The notes under the pieces were generated by a model, which saw only the letters and a list, made by a program, of their open reading frames with translations, was not told where the DNA came from and did no database searches. The position numbers and the translations under genes are program-made. A stretch of DNA of 64,000 nt from a virus. Lineage: Duplodnaviria > Caudoviricetes. Of this stretch, positions 46,697 through 56,620 are shown piece by piece. The stretch spans positions 36,246 through 100,245 of the IMG/VR virus record IMGVR_UViG_3300047561_001243; one strand, given 5' to 3'. Numbering within the stretch: position 1 is the first letter of the stretch; the number at the start of each line of letters is the position of its first letter.

Positions 46697-47718
46697 GGGT
46701 CTTATTGACTGGTGCTGGTGGTTTTGTTGGTCACCACACCTTAGAGCACTTACTTAAGACCACTGATTGGGATATTGTTGTAACCGATAGCTTTAGACAT
46801 AAAGGCTACAGTTCACGTTTGAGAGCGGTGCTTGCAGCCAACCCGCAGGACAAAGACCGAGTAACTGTCATAACTCATGACTTAACAACTCCTATAGATG
46901 TTGTGACGGCTAATCATATTGGAGAAGTTGGCATTATTATCAATAATGCTTCTGAGTCTCATGTTGATAGAAGCTTACTTGAGCCACGTTATTTTATTGA
47001 AAACAACGTTGCTATTGCCGCAACCATGCTTGATTACGCCAGAACCCTTCCAGGGTTAAAACTATTCATTCAAGTCTCTACTGATGAGGTTTACGGACCA
47101 GCAAAAAATGGCGCCTCCCACCCAGAGTATGACCCCATCTTGCCATCAAACCCGTACTCGGCAAGTAAAGCTGCTCAAGAAGCAATTGCTATTGGGTATT
47201 GGAGAAGTTATGACGTTCCAGTAGTAATTTCTAACACTATGAATATTATTGGCGAACGCCAAGATGTTGAGAAATTTATTCCAAAGACTATCAGTTACAT
47301 CTTGGCAGGTAAGAAGATGCCTGTACACGCAAGCTTTGATGGTGAATGGCACGCAGGAAGTCGTTATTACCTGCATGCTCGCAACCAAGCAGACGCGCTT
47401 GCGCACATATCTAAAAACTCTTACAAACACAAGTTAAAGTTTTCTGAGGGCGTTCAACGACCACACAGGTTCCACGTTGGCGGAGAACGCGAAACTTGGA
47501 ACGATGAGATGGTCAACATGATTGCTGGGCATATGGGCCTTACAGGCGACTGGGTTGATTACCACGATGTTGGGAGCTCTCGCCCAGGCCATGACTTACG
47601 CTATGCATTAGACCGAAAAACTCTTGAGGAATGGGGTTGGACACCTCCAGTGCCGTTTGAAGAGTCTCTGCGCAAAGTTGTTGAGTGGACATTAGCAAAC
47701 CGTGAGTGGCTCCTTTAA
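46693..47718 (+). CDS. rmlB: dTDP-glucose 4,6-dehydratase
   Basis: TGAGGFVG, ASESHVDRS, VSTDEVYG, PYSASK, RPGHDLRYALD. Confidence 0.9.
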   Translation: MRVLLTGAGGFVGHHTLEHLLKTTDWDIVVTDSFRHKGYSSRLRAVLAANPQDKDRVTVITHDLTTPIDVVTANHIGEVGIIINNASESHVDRSLLEPRYFIENNVAIAATMLDYARTLPGLKLFIQVSTDEVYGPAKNGASHPEYDPILPSNPYSASKAAQEAIAIGYWRSYDVPVVISNTMNIIGERQDVEKFIPKTISYILAGKKMPVHASFDGEWHAGSRYYLHARNQADALAHISKNSYKHKLKFSEGVQRPHRFHVGGERETWNDEMVNMIAGHMGLTGDWVDYHDVGSSRPGHDLRYALDRKTLEEWGWTPPVPFEESLRKVVEWTLANREWLL

Positions 47719-48391
47719 CTCTTTCTATCATCTTCACACCCCTAAAACTGGGGGTCACTGGGTTGATAGCTTAATACTCAGGACAATAAAACCTGCGTTA
47801 GAAGATGCGGGTATTCCATTTAAAACCGACCATGCGGGTTGGAGCCATGTACAGAACAATACATACATACTTTCAACATGGAGAGACCCAGCTTTACGTA
47901 CCGTTAGCCATTTCTGCCATTATAAAAATTATTTTTGTGGAGATTCCAGCAAATCTAGTGAGGCCGAGCTTTTGAACTGGGTTGAAAAAAATGAAGGGGC
48001 CCTATCAAACTACCAAAGCCGAACTCTTCTATATTCAACACAAGAAACACGGGTGCCTTATTTTTACTTAAACCATAAAGACTTTTTAAACACCCCTATC
48101 GACAGAGATGAGGTTTTAAAAAGACTGTCTCGCATAAATGTAATTATTAAAGATATAGAGATGGACGACCAAACTGCTGAATCTGTATTGAAGAAGATTG
48201 TTGAAGACCTAAAGCTTAAACATGTTCCGCACCCAATTAAGGGTACGGATTTTAATATAAACCCCAACTCTCAGGAACTTTTCAACATTTTATCTAGTTC
48301 TACGATAGACTACTTATTTGCCATCAACCCATTAGATACGGAGATATACCTAAGTGATAATTCAAGTTATTGGTTTGCCAGGGAGCGGTAA
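47702..48391 (+). CDS. Sulfotransferase-family protein
   Basis: HLHTPKTGG (5'-PSB) and RDPALRTVS (3'-PB) PAPS-binding motifs. Confidence 0.8.
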   Translation: MSGSFNSFYHLHTPKTGGHWVDSLILRTIKPALEDAGIPFKTDHAGWSHVQNNTYILSTWRDPALRTVSHFCHYKNYFCGDSSKSSEAELLNWVEKNEGALSNYQSRTLLYSTQETRVPYFYLNHKDFLNTPIDRDEVLKRLSRINVIIKDIEMDDQTAESVLKKIVEDLKLKHVPHPIKGTDFNINPNSQELFNILSSSTIDYLFAINPLDTEIYLSDNSSYWFARER

Positions 48392-49103
48392 AACTACTTT
48401 AGCAACTGAACTGGTTGGGCGTATCAATGCCGTACACCTCAACGCTGATTATGTCCGCTCTACCATTAACTCTGACCTTGGATTTACGCCAGAAGATAGA
48501 GTTGAACACGCACGCCGCATGGGTGAGATGGCTCGCCTGCTCTCTGGACAAGGTCTTGACGTAGTCGTTGATTTTATATGCCCAACCCAAACAACTAGAG
48601 ATGCTTTTGGTAAAGCAGACGTGATTGTGTGGATGGACACCATCCAAGAAGGTCGCTTTGAAGATACCAATAAGCTTTGGGAAATTCCTACTGGGGTAGA
48701 TTATCACTTTGTAACTTATGGGGCTCAAGAACAAGTTGACCACATTATTGACGGCTCAAAGCTTTACGATTGGAAGAAGCCAACAACTCTTCTATTGGGA
48801 AGATACCAACCTTGGCATGAAGGCCACGAAGCATTAAAGGAAAAAGCTCATGAACGAACAGAACAAGTCCTCATTGCCGTCAGAGACACCTATGGAACCT
48901 CCGACAAAGACCCGCTTGTTTTTGAGGAAGTTAAGCAACATATTGTTCAAGGAACAGCCCGACCTGCTCTTGTAATGAAAGTTCCCAACATCACTAACAT
49001 TGTGTACGGCCGTGATGTGGGATATAAAATTGAACAAGTAGACCTTGGGGCTACCATCCACTCAATCTCGGCAACCCAAAAGAGAAAAGAAATGGGCATA
49101 TGA
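48354..49103 (+). CDS. cysC: Adenylylsulfate kinase fused to an HxGH nucleotidyltransferase domain
   Basis: GLPGSGKTT, DLGFTPEDRVEHARR, VDFICP; then GRYQPWHEGH and SISATQKR. Confidence 0.8.
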   Translation: MIIQVIGLPGSGKTTLATELVGRINAVHLNADYVRSTINSDLGFTPEDRVEHARRMGEMARLLSGQGLDVVVDFICPTQTTRDAFGKADVIVWMDTIQEGRFEDTNKLWEIPTGVDYHFVTYGAQEQVDHIIDGSKLYDWKKPTTLLLGRYQPWHEGHEALKEKAHERTEQVLIAVRDTYGTSDKDPLVFEEVKQHIVQGTARPALVMKVPNITNIVYGRDVGYKIEQVDLGATIHSISATQKRKEMGI

Positions 49104-49312
49104 ATGTAACCAAAGCTAGGTCATTTACTAAGTCAGCCACCTACCGAGTTTTTGGAACTTTAACTTCTTGGGCTGTTGTTTATGCAATTACTGGCAAGGG
49201 AAGCTTGGCAACTTTAATTGCTTTTTGGGAAACCATCGTTAAGGTAGCCGTATATTATTGGCACGAGCGAGTATGGAACAAGATTCAGTGGGGTCGGCGT
49301 AATGACAGATAA
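49100..49312 (+). CDS. DUF2061-family membrane protein
   Basis: RSFTKS.TYR...YYWHERVWNKIQWG. Confidence 0.8.
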   Translation: MNVTKARSFTKSATYRVFGTLTSWAVVYAITGKGSLATLIAFWETIVKVAVYYWHERVWNKIQWGRRNDR

Positions 49313-49568
49313 GCCCGTTAGGCCTTGGGATATTCTTAAAAGTAATAAAGGATTTATCCCAGAGTATGTAAAAGAAGAACGCCTTAAAATCTGCCATAGT
49401 TGCGAAGATTTGATTAAGCTTACTGGTATGTGTAAGCATTGTGGGTGCATTATGAAACTAAAAACAACGCTTGCTGAGGCTAACTGCCCAAAAGCTAAAT
49501 GGAGGAAAGTGGTGCCGTCCATTACAATGCCCAACGCCATTGAAGATGATGGTTTGCCTAAGCGCTGA
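49302..49568 (+). CDS. DUF6171-like Cys-rich protein
   Basis: RLKICHSC...CKHCGC....KT.L....CP...W. Confidence 0.7.
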   Translation: MTDKPVRPWDILKSNKGFIPEYVKEERLKICHSCEDLIKLTGMCKHCGCIMKLKTTLAEANCPKAKWRKVVPSITMPNAIEDDGLPKR

Positions 49569-49649
49569 CAAAGCGTAAATCCTCTTGGAGAATAGTAACC
49601 GCGCCCCCGATATCAGGCGTCTTACTACTCTAGAGAAAAGGTCATTTAA

Positions 49650-50942
49650 ATGGCAACAAATAACAACGCTCACACGTTGGACTCAGCTGGACAGCCAGCC
49701 GTTGACTTTGTATGGGGAAATCTTGCCCTACAGCCAAACGACGTCCGCGGTGAAACAGCGGCTTCAAATATTGGTGGAACAACAGGCTCTAACGCACTTG
49801 GATACAAAACTGCTGTAGTCACAGCAACTTCAAGTGACGGAACAACAGTAACTTACACCTCAGCAAATACATTTAAGCCAGGCGAGCTTGTAACAATCAC
49901 AGGACTTACAACAGCTGCTGGTAACCTTACAAACGCAATTATTGCTACAGCTTCAGCTACAAACTTTACGGTTACTAGCGCGGTTTCAACATCAGACTCT
50001 GCTCAGACAGCCACAGCTAAGGTAATTGAAACAGCAATTCGCGGAATTGGCGCAGACGCATACTGGGCAGCAACATCAGCTGTAACAGGTGCTCGTTTAG
50101 ATTTTGCTGGAACATCAGCTTACTCAGGCTCAAACGCAATCCCTAACGTAACAGTCATGAGCGGACGCCATGAAATCATTGAAACAGGCTACGCTGGTTA
50201 TCCAAACTACACACCAGATGTTGCTAACTATATGGTTACAGCTGCATCAGGCAATGGAACAACTGTTTCATACACATCTTTCAACAACCTACAGCCAGGA
50301 GATTCAGTAAACATTACTGGTCTTACAACCTCAGCATTCAACCTTTCAGCTGCAACAGTTGCTACAGCAAACCGTCAAGGCTTTACTGTAACTAACTCAG
50401 CTACAGGAACCGCTGTAACAGGCGCTGCATACGGCAAGGTACAGGCTACAAACGCTGTAACAGCCTACGACGGCACATACGTCTCTGGCGTTGCTTACAT
50501 CAACGTTCCTTCAATCCTTGGTCTTGCAACCGCTCTTGGTCTTGATGCCCTTAAGGATGCTGGTTACGCAACAGCTAATATCACCAACACAATTGGTGCT
50601 ACAAACACAGCTACACAGCCTACACAGATTAACGTCACAACAACTACTGCAGCGACAGTAACTGTATCTGGCGGAACTTCTACATGGGGTGTTGGTACAA
50701 AGGTTACAATCTCTGCAGGTACAGGTATTCCAACAGCACTTGTTGGTTCATGGACTGTAACAGGTGGCTCAGGAAGCACACTTATCATTGCTGGTTCAGG
50801 ATGGACAGTTGCCGACACAGGAGCTATTACACCTGGTACACAGCTAAAGGGAACACCACTAACAGTGAAGTCACAGTCAACTGCGGCTGGAGCAGCTTCA
50901 GTAGCTCTATCAGCAACAATTACAATGACATCTTGGGCATAA
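49650..50942 (+). CDS. Thr/Ala-rich putative virion structural protein with repeated beta domains
   Basis: Repeated 'xDGTTVTYT...PG..V.ITGLT...NL...TVT' units; preceded by late-type promoter motif and followed by a terminator. Confidence 0.6.
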   Translation: MATNNNAHTLDSAGQPAVDFVWGNLALQPNDVRGETAASNIGGTTGSNALGYKTAVVTATSSDGTTVTYTSANTFKPGELVTITGLTTAAGNLTNAIIATASATNFTVTSAVSTSDSAQTATAKVIETAIRGIGADAYWAATSAVTGARLDFAGTSAYSGSNAIPNVTVMSGRHEIIETGYAGYPNYTPDVANYMVTAASGNGTTVSYTSFNNLQPGDSVNITGLTTSAFNLSAATVATANRQGFTVTNSATGTAVTGAAYGKVQATNAVTAYDGTYVSGVAYINVPSILGLATALGLDALKDAGYATANITNTIGATNTATQPTQINVTTTTAATVTVSGGTSTWGVGTKVTISAGTGIPTALVGSWTVTGGSGSTLIIAGSGWTVADTGAITPGTQLKGTPLTVKSQSTAAGAASVALSATITMTSWA

Positions 50943-50961
50943 TCTTCCCAACCCAAACAAC

Positions 50962-50994
50962 AAAAAGCCCCCAGCTAATAACTGGGGGCTTTTT
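50962..50994. terminator. Bidirectional intrinsic terminator between convergent genes
   Basis: AAAAAGCCCCCAG-ctaataa-CTGGGGGCTTTT. Confidence 0.85.
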
Positions 50995-50997
50995 GCT

Positions 50998-51288
50998 TTA
51001 AGCTATCTTTAATCGTCTCTTTAACTTCTTTCGCTCTACATCCGTTGTAGCCCCCCAGATGCCCAATACGGGCTCGTGAAGGGCATACTCTAGGCACGGA
51101 GTTTGAAACTGACAGCTCCTACATATAGCAAGGGCTGCTTTAGTTATCGAACGTGGTGTTCCTATCTCTGGAAAAAATATATCGGGGTCTGTTTGTGAAC
51201 ACGGTTGAGTGCCATCAAATCCAGGCGCATTAGTACCACCCCTTGCGTTGCCAAAACTTCCATGCGTTACATGCGCCCGACGGCTCAT
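50998..51288 (-). CDS. whiB: Second WhiB-family transcription factor (start uncertain)
   Basis: PCSQTDPDIFFP...AICRSCQFQTPCL...GIWGATT. Confidence 0.9.
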   Translation of the reverse strand: MSRRAHVTHGSFGNARGGTNAPGFDGTQPCSQTDPDIFFPEIGTPRSITKAALAICRSCQFQTPCLEYALHEPVLGIWGATTDVERKKLKRRLKIA

Positions 51289-51769
51289 TTGTGCTCCCAT
51301 ATCTTTTTTCGATGTAGCGAAGGCCATATTTTATTTGCAGGGAAGCAACAGGGGTTTTTTCTACTTTGTAGTTACCCCATGTTGAAGGCATAAATTGTGC
51401 AATACCGTAGGCACCAGAAGACTTATTTTTAGCCTTAGGGTTAAAATGACTTTCATGTTGCCAGATATTGCGTAAACAGGTCCACTCTTTCATAGACCAG
51501 TCTTTTGTATATACGGTTAAAAATGCTAGCGCTTCAGCGTCAAAGTATTTGACGTTGTCACTTGCCAAGGCTTTCTTAGCTTCCGACTTGGTAGTCGTTA
51601 CCTTTAAATAGGTGAGCGATACAGTAACGGGTTTTTCATTGACCACCGCTGGTTTAACTGTTACCGCGTAAGCTGGAGCGACTAGGTGGGCTGCAAAAAT
51701 AAACCCAGCCATAAGCGCTGCTCCAAACTTCTTCAAATCAATAGATAAATTGATTCTGATATTAAGCAT
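51230..51769 (-). CDS. Secreted lytic transglycosylase (SLT/lysozyme-like)
   Basis: Signal peptide; CL..IW..ES.FNPKA.N.SSGAYGIAQF...YIEKRYG...C.AW.FW...GWY. Confidence 0.85.
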   Translation of the reverse strand: MLNIRINLSIDLKKFGAALMAGFIFAAHLVAPAYAVTVKPAVVNEKPVTVSLTYLKVTTTKSEAKKALASDNVKYFDAEALAFLTVYTKDWSMKEWTCLRNIWQHESHFNPKAKNKSSGAYGIAQFMPSTWGNYKVEKTPVASLQIKYGLRYIEKRYGSTNEPSGACNAWKFWQRKGWY

Positions 51770-51980
51770 GTGATTGCTCCTCTCAGTGCAAAAGAGACCA
51801 TCACTGGTCTCTTCCATACTCAACGGTAGCATAGGCGTTACGAAGTACGTCAAGCGCAAATAAGATTTTTAATAAGATTTTTTTCACAAAATGTGCAAAA
51901 CTAGCGTATTACATCGTTTTAGTGATACATATACGGATAACTATTCTTGCATTTGACAAAATACAGAATAGGATATCTTA

Positions 51981-52247
51981 ATGTCGGCAGCTGACTGGGC
52001 AACTACTTTATCTGGCTTTGCAGCAGCAACTGCGTTTGTTGGTGTCATTGGTTCGTGGATAATCCGAACATGGCTTAAAAGCTTTTTATGTGAGCTTAAA
52101 CCAAATGGTGGCTCGTCACTCAATGACAAAATTAATTTAGAGGTAATACCCATGCTTAAAGAACTACGCGGCGCTCAGCTTGAAATTGGCGAAAAAGTTG
52201 CAAAACTTGAGGGTCGTTTTGAACAACACGTTGAAGAAGGCGAGTAA
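51981..52247 (+). CDS. Small membrane protein
   Basis: N-terminal TM helix, ELKPNGGSSL.D motif seen in actinophage lysis-region proteins. Confidence 0.6.
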   Translation: MSAADWATTLSGFAAATAFVGVIGSWIIRTWLKSFLCELKPNGGSSLNDKINLEVIPMLKELRGAQLEIGEKVAKLEGRFEQHVEEGE

Positions 52248-52295
52248 TCTGTAGTATGCTCTAAGTCACTCATCCCGAGTGGACAAAGGAGAAAC

Positions 52296-52490
52296 ATGGA
52301 TACAAAGGTACTACAGTCAATCTTGGGCACATATCTTCGTGCTTCGGCTGCTTCAGTAGCGGCTCTTTACATGAGCGGGATTTCAGACCCAAAGACATTG
52401 CTTAACGCATTCATTGCGGGTCTTGTTGGACCTCTTGCCAAAGCGGTTAATCCCAAAGACAAATCTTTTGGTATTGGCGCGTCTAAGTAA
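52296..52490 (+). CDS. Putative holin
   Basis: 64 aa, two hydrophobic segments, NPKD.SFG C-terminus. Confidence 0.6.
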   Translation: MDTKVLQSILGTYLRASAASVAALYMSGISDPKTLLNAFIAGLVGPLAKAVNPKDKSFGIGASK

Positions 52491-52500
52491 CAACTTTATA

Positions 52501-52537
52501 GACTTAGGGCGGGGTAACTCCCGCCCTAAGTCATTTT
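52501..52537 (+). terminator. Intrinsic terminator
   Basis: GACTTAGGGCGGG/CCCGCCCTAAGTC stem followed by ATTTTT. Confidence 0.75.
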
Positions 52538-52566
52538 TACTGTAAGATATAAACAAAGGAGAACAA

Positions 52567-53974
52567 ATGATTACATGCGTAAACTGCGAGAACAAAGCAA
52601 TCTACACCGTAACTAACCCAGGTACAAACGACCTTGACTACTGTGTAAAATGCTTACCTGCCCGTCTGCTCACATATGCAACAGCTGGTAACTATCCGCT
52701 TCGTAAAGTTGAAAAAGAAGTTAAGAAAACCGAAGTTAAAGAAGAGGCTTAATGAAGGTTGAAAGGATTGCTGCTGTCCAAGCGCATCCAGTTCCGTCCC
52801 ATGCCATGCAGCCACGTGGCCCGTTTCCTCCTGAGCTTTTTAGAGAATCCCCAATAATCTCTGATTACGAATCTGCTTATGATGAGGGGGGAGACAACTT
52901 TGAAAAAGGCGCTACGGTGCAAAATAATTTCAAACCCGCTAAATTTCTTCGTTGTGGAGAGTGCTTAGCTAGAGTAAAAGAAACTGAAACCGAAACCCAC
53001 GTCTGCGAGTAATCATGACAAAACGACCAAAGCTACCTTCTGCTGAAGAACTTTTTGGAGACCGAGACGGTTTACGCAAAGAAAGCGTAGACCGCTATTG
53101 GAAAGCTCTTGGTCTTCCTTCTAGTCAAGAAGAAGCAGATGAGCAAGCAAGGGAATGGGAATTAATAAACCCAAGCTTTACAACACAGACCGCTCCGCAA
53201 TCCCCAGACAAATCTCGCCATAGGGCGCAAAAACTTGCTTACAGTGCCAAGCTGCAAACGTTAGTCATTAAGATGCGTGACAACTCTTGGATTGGCTATG
53301 ACGATATAGACGAAAGTACTTGGCAATCTTTAAGAACGGCCCAGTCTACAAATGATTGGATTAAAGACAACAGCTTGGGGGCGGGTGGTGGTTGGTATCA
53401 CTTTGACCCGTCTGACTTCCCTGCCTCAACAAGAGTAATGTTTAACTCTTAATTATGAAATCACTTGGACCACTATATGGCGGAAAACTAAGGTACTGGC
53501 ATAAAAAAGCTTTGCCCGTGTTTGAAATTGGCACAACACAGGAAACAGAGATGCCTTACCGCCTTGGCAAATGTTTGGTTGTTAGAGTACCCTTTACCCA
53601 TCCTGGTTATTACTTTGGCGTGTTTTACCACAGCCCTGTTATTAACCATGATGATGACGGCAAGATAGACGAGATACTACAAAACGCAATGCGGGGTCGA
53701 ACTGCTTGGACTCCTCAGGATGGGGACTATGAAGATTTTTTCAAAGAATGAAAAGTGGGAAAAACCCTTTTCCGAAAAAGTGTATAAGCGAGTTAAAAAA
53801 ATTCCCACAGCGGATTTGTCTTTATGGGCAGAACAGGCTATCAGCGAGCTAGGAAGAACGCTGTCTACATTTGAAAAGTCTCGCAGTGAAGAAATGTTAA
53901 GAGAGGCTTTGCTTGGTGCCGAAGCGGTCCATGCCGTAATTGATGAGCTTTTTAATAGAACGACACGCTTGTAA
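52567..53974 (+). CDS. Five small genes before the terminase (52567-52752, 52752-53012, 53015-53452 KTSC-like, 53455-53751, 53720-53974)
   Basis: Coupled ORFs; 53015 has AY....TLVI..RD....Y..I....W..L....S....I KTSC-like pattern. Confidence 0.55.
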
Positions 53975-54123
53975 CTAATTGTATATTTATCGACATTAGC
54001 AGTATAGTTATCCCGCCGCGTGTTTCTACTCTCCCGTGTCGTGGCTTACGAGGACCTGGGTTTAAAACACCCAGGTTTTCGACTTTCTATACACTGTAAG
54101 TAACAGCTAATGAATCGGACAAA

Positions 54124-55704
54124 ATGAGCGAACAAGATTTTATCGACGAGGAAGAGTTCCTTGACGAAGAAGACGAGGACGCCCTCCCCCAAGAAGAGGA
54201 AGAGGAGCTAGACGAACTCTCTAAAGCCTTTGTTAAAAAACTTGTGGACCGCTGCATTGAGTTTCAAACAGCTCTTGTTGGACACGAGCTTCACCCATAT
54301 CAAATGCCTTTGGCGCGGCGCATCATTGAATCCGTAATTATTAACGACGGTGAAGAAGTAACCGCTCTTGCAGCACGCCAGTCAGGTAAATCTGAAACTA
54401 TTGCTAACACCGTAGTAACTCTTATGGTGCTCCTTCCCCGCCTAGCTAAAATGTATCCAGATTTACTTGGACGCTATAAAGGTGGAATCTGGGTAGGTAT
54501 GTTTGCCCCAGTTGAAGGTCAAGTAGAAACTCTTTTTGGTAGAGCAGTTAACAGACTTACATCAGAGCGAGCGCTAGAAATATTAGGCGACCCAGAGATT
54601 GATGATTCCTTAAATAAAGTAGCTGGTGTTACCCGTCAAATTAAATTAAAAAACTCTGGCTCAACGCTTTCAATGATGACTGCTAACCCACGCGCAAAGA
54701 TTGAATCTAAATCTTTCCATCTTATTGTTATTGATGAGTGTCAAGAAGCAGATGACTTTGTAGTATCTAAATCAATTTCTCCTATGCTTGCGTATTACTC
54801 AGGAACCATGGTTAAAACTGGAACACCAACTACGCACAAGAACAACTTTTATCGTTCAATACAATTGAATAAGCGTCGTCAGACGGGAACTCGGGCAAGG
54901 CAAAATCACTTTGAGTGGGACTGGCGAGATGTAGCTAAGTGTAACCCCAACTACAGTAAGTTTATTAAAAAAGAAATGTTGCGTATTGGAGAAGACTCTG
55001 ATGAGTTTCAGATGTCTTACTGTAATAAGTGGATGTTGGAACGAGGAATGTTTGTTACATCTAATGTTATGGATGAATTAGGTGATACATCTCAAGAGAT
55101 AGTTAAGGCTTGGCATCGTTCACCAGTTGTAGTTGGTATTGACCCTGCTCGTAAACTGGATTCTACAGTAGTTACAATTGTTTGGGTTGATTGGGATAGG
55201 CCAGATGAGTTTGGTTACTTTGACCACCGTATTCTTAACTGGCTTGAAATTCAAGGAGACGACTGGGAAGACCAATACTTCCAAATTATTAACTTCTTAT
55301 CTAACTACGACGTGCTCGCCGTTGGTGTAGATGCAAATGGTGTTGGTGATGCAGTTGCTCAACGTTTAAAGCTTTTACTGCCAAGAGCTGAAGTTCACGC
55401 CTTGGGAAGTAGTCAACCAGAGCAGTCAAAACGTTGGAAACATTTAAAGGCTTTAATTGATAGGCGCCTTATTGGATGGCCAGCTCATGCCAAAACTCGT
55501 AGGTTACGTACTTGGAAGCGCTTCTACCAACAAATGACTGACCTAGAAACTAAGTTTACTGGTCCCAATTTTCTTGCAAAAGCTCCCGATGAAGCCCATG
55601 CACATGATGATTTTGCAGATTCTTTAGCCATCGCTATCAGCCTTACTGCCGATTTAACCTTGCCTCAAGTAGAAGTTAGCCACAACCTATTTTTTACAAG
55701 ATAG
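54124..55704 (+). CDS. terL: Terminase large subunit
   Basis: ARQSGKSE Walker A, IVIDECQ Walker B, TGTP coupling motif, VGIDPA and HDDFADS nuclease motifs. Confidence 0.95.
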   Translation: MSEQDFIDEEEFLDEEDEDALPQEEEEELDELSKAFVKKLVDRCIEFQTALVGHELHPYQMPLARRIIESVIINDGEEVTALAARQSGKSETIANTVVTLMVLLPRLAKMYPDLLGRYKGGIWVGMFAPVEGQVETLFGRAVNRLTSERALEILGDPEIDDSLNKVAGVTRQIKLKNSGSTLSMMTANPRAKIESKSFHLIVIDECQEADDFVVSKSISPMLAYYSGTMVKTGTPTTHKNNFYRSIQLNKRRQTGTRARQNHFEWDWRDVAKCNPNYSKFIKKEMLRIGEDSDEFQMSYCNKWMLERGMFVTSNVMDELGDTSQEIVKAWHRSPVVVGIDPARKLDSTVVTIVWVDWDRPDEFGYFDHRILNWLEIQGDDWEDQYFQIINFLSNYDVLAVGVDANGVGDAVAQRLKLLLPRAEVHALGSSQPEQSKRWKHLKALIDRRLIGWPAHAKTRRLRTWKRFYQQMTDLETKFTGPNFLAKAPDEAHAHDDFADSLAIAISLTADLTLPQVEVSHNLFFTR

Positions 55705-55781
55705 TTACGTTTAGCGAGATTTGAAGCTCTTTCTGGAGCACACTATTACTGAGGTCCTCAAACCAATTAGGAGTAAAAACA

Positions 55782-56551
55782 ATGGCAATTGCCCCAACAC
55801 CAAAGTTCCCAGAAGTACCTGGCACAGTTTACGACCGTAAATTTTCCCCAGCTACACCTGGACAACGTGGCCCACTTCGTTTCGAAGAAGGTCTTGCAAC
55901 AGATACAGATATTCCAGCGGAATTTACAAACGGAGCTTCACAGGGTTACAAGCCTGCAGCTGGCCGTCCAAACCGCAACGCAGCAGTTCACACAAAGACA
56001 GCTGAAGAAACAATGCGCGAGCGTGCTCACGTAGGTTCTGCTTCATGGGTAGAAGCACCAAATACTCTTTCAGAGTTTTCAACAGGCGGCTTTGCTGACC
56101 ACGGCGCAAATACTTTTGAAGAAGTATTCCGCAATGGCGCTCACCAGCAGCGTCTAAACCCAGCAGTAGTAAACGACTAATTAAATAAGTTTCTCGTCCC
56201 CCCGTCCAGCGCGTAGACAGCTGCGGGGGGCGAGAGCCTATTAAAGGATGACAAATGGCGTTAATTAGAGGTCGTGAAGTAAAGGAAACCCCACAGCAGG
56301 TTCCTGCCAATCCAAAACTTTGGAACATGGTTAAAGCACAATCTAAAACGCGTTTTTCTAAAAACTCCCCTGCATCTGCTCACTGGATTCATGCCAAGTA
56401 CCAGCAGATGGGCGGACGGTTTGTCGAGTCAAAGAAAGAGGTAGACCCGCGATTACGCGACTACACTCAAGAAGCTATTGATAAAAAAGAAGAAGACCAA
56501 AAAAAGAAAATTAAAAAAGACGTAACAAAAACACTGCCAAAACGCCGATAG
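55782..56551 (+). CDS. Two hypothetical genes between terminase and portal (55782-56180, 56255-56551)
   Basis: ORFs with clear SD sequences. Confidence 0.6.
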
Positions 56552-56620
56552 TTTTCTATTTATTGTTTTATCGACATTAGTGCTATTGTTACCCACACAG
56601 GTATCGTGGAGAGGATTTAA

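Noticed and set aside
4881-55704. Inteins or introns in polA, recA, nrdJ or terL
   Set aside because: Protein lengths are ordinary, reading frames are continuous, and no intein splice motifs were seen
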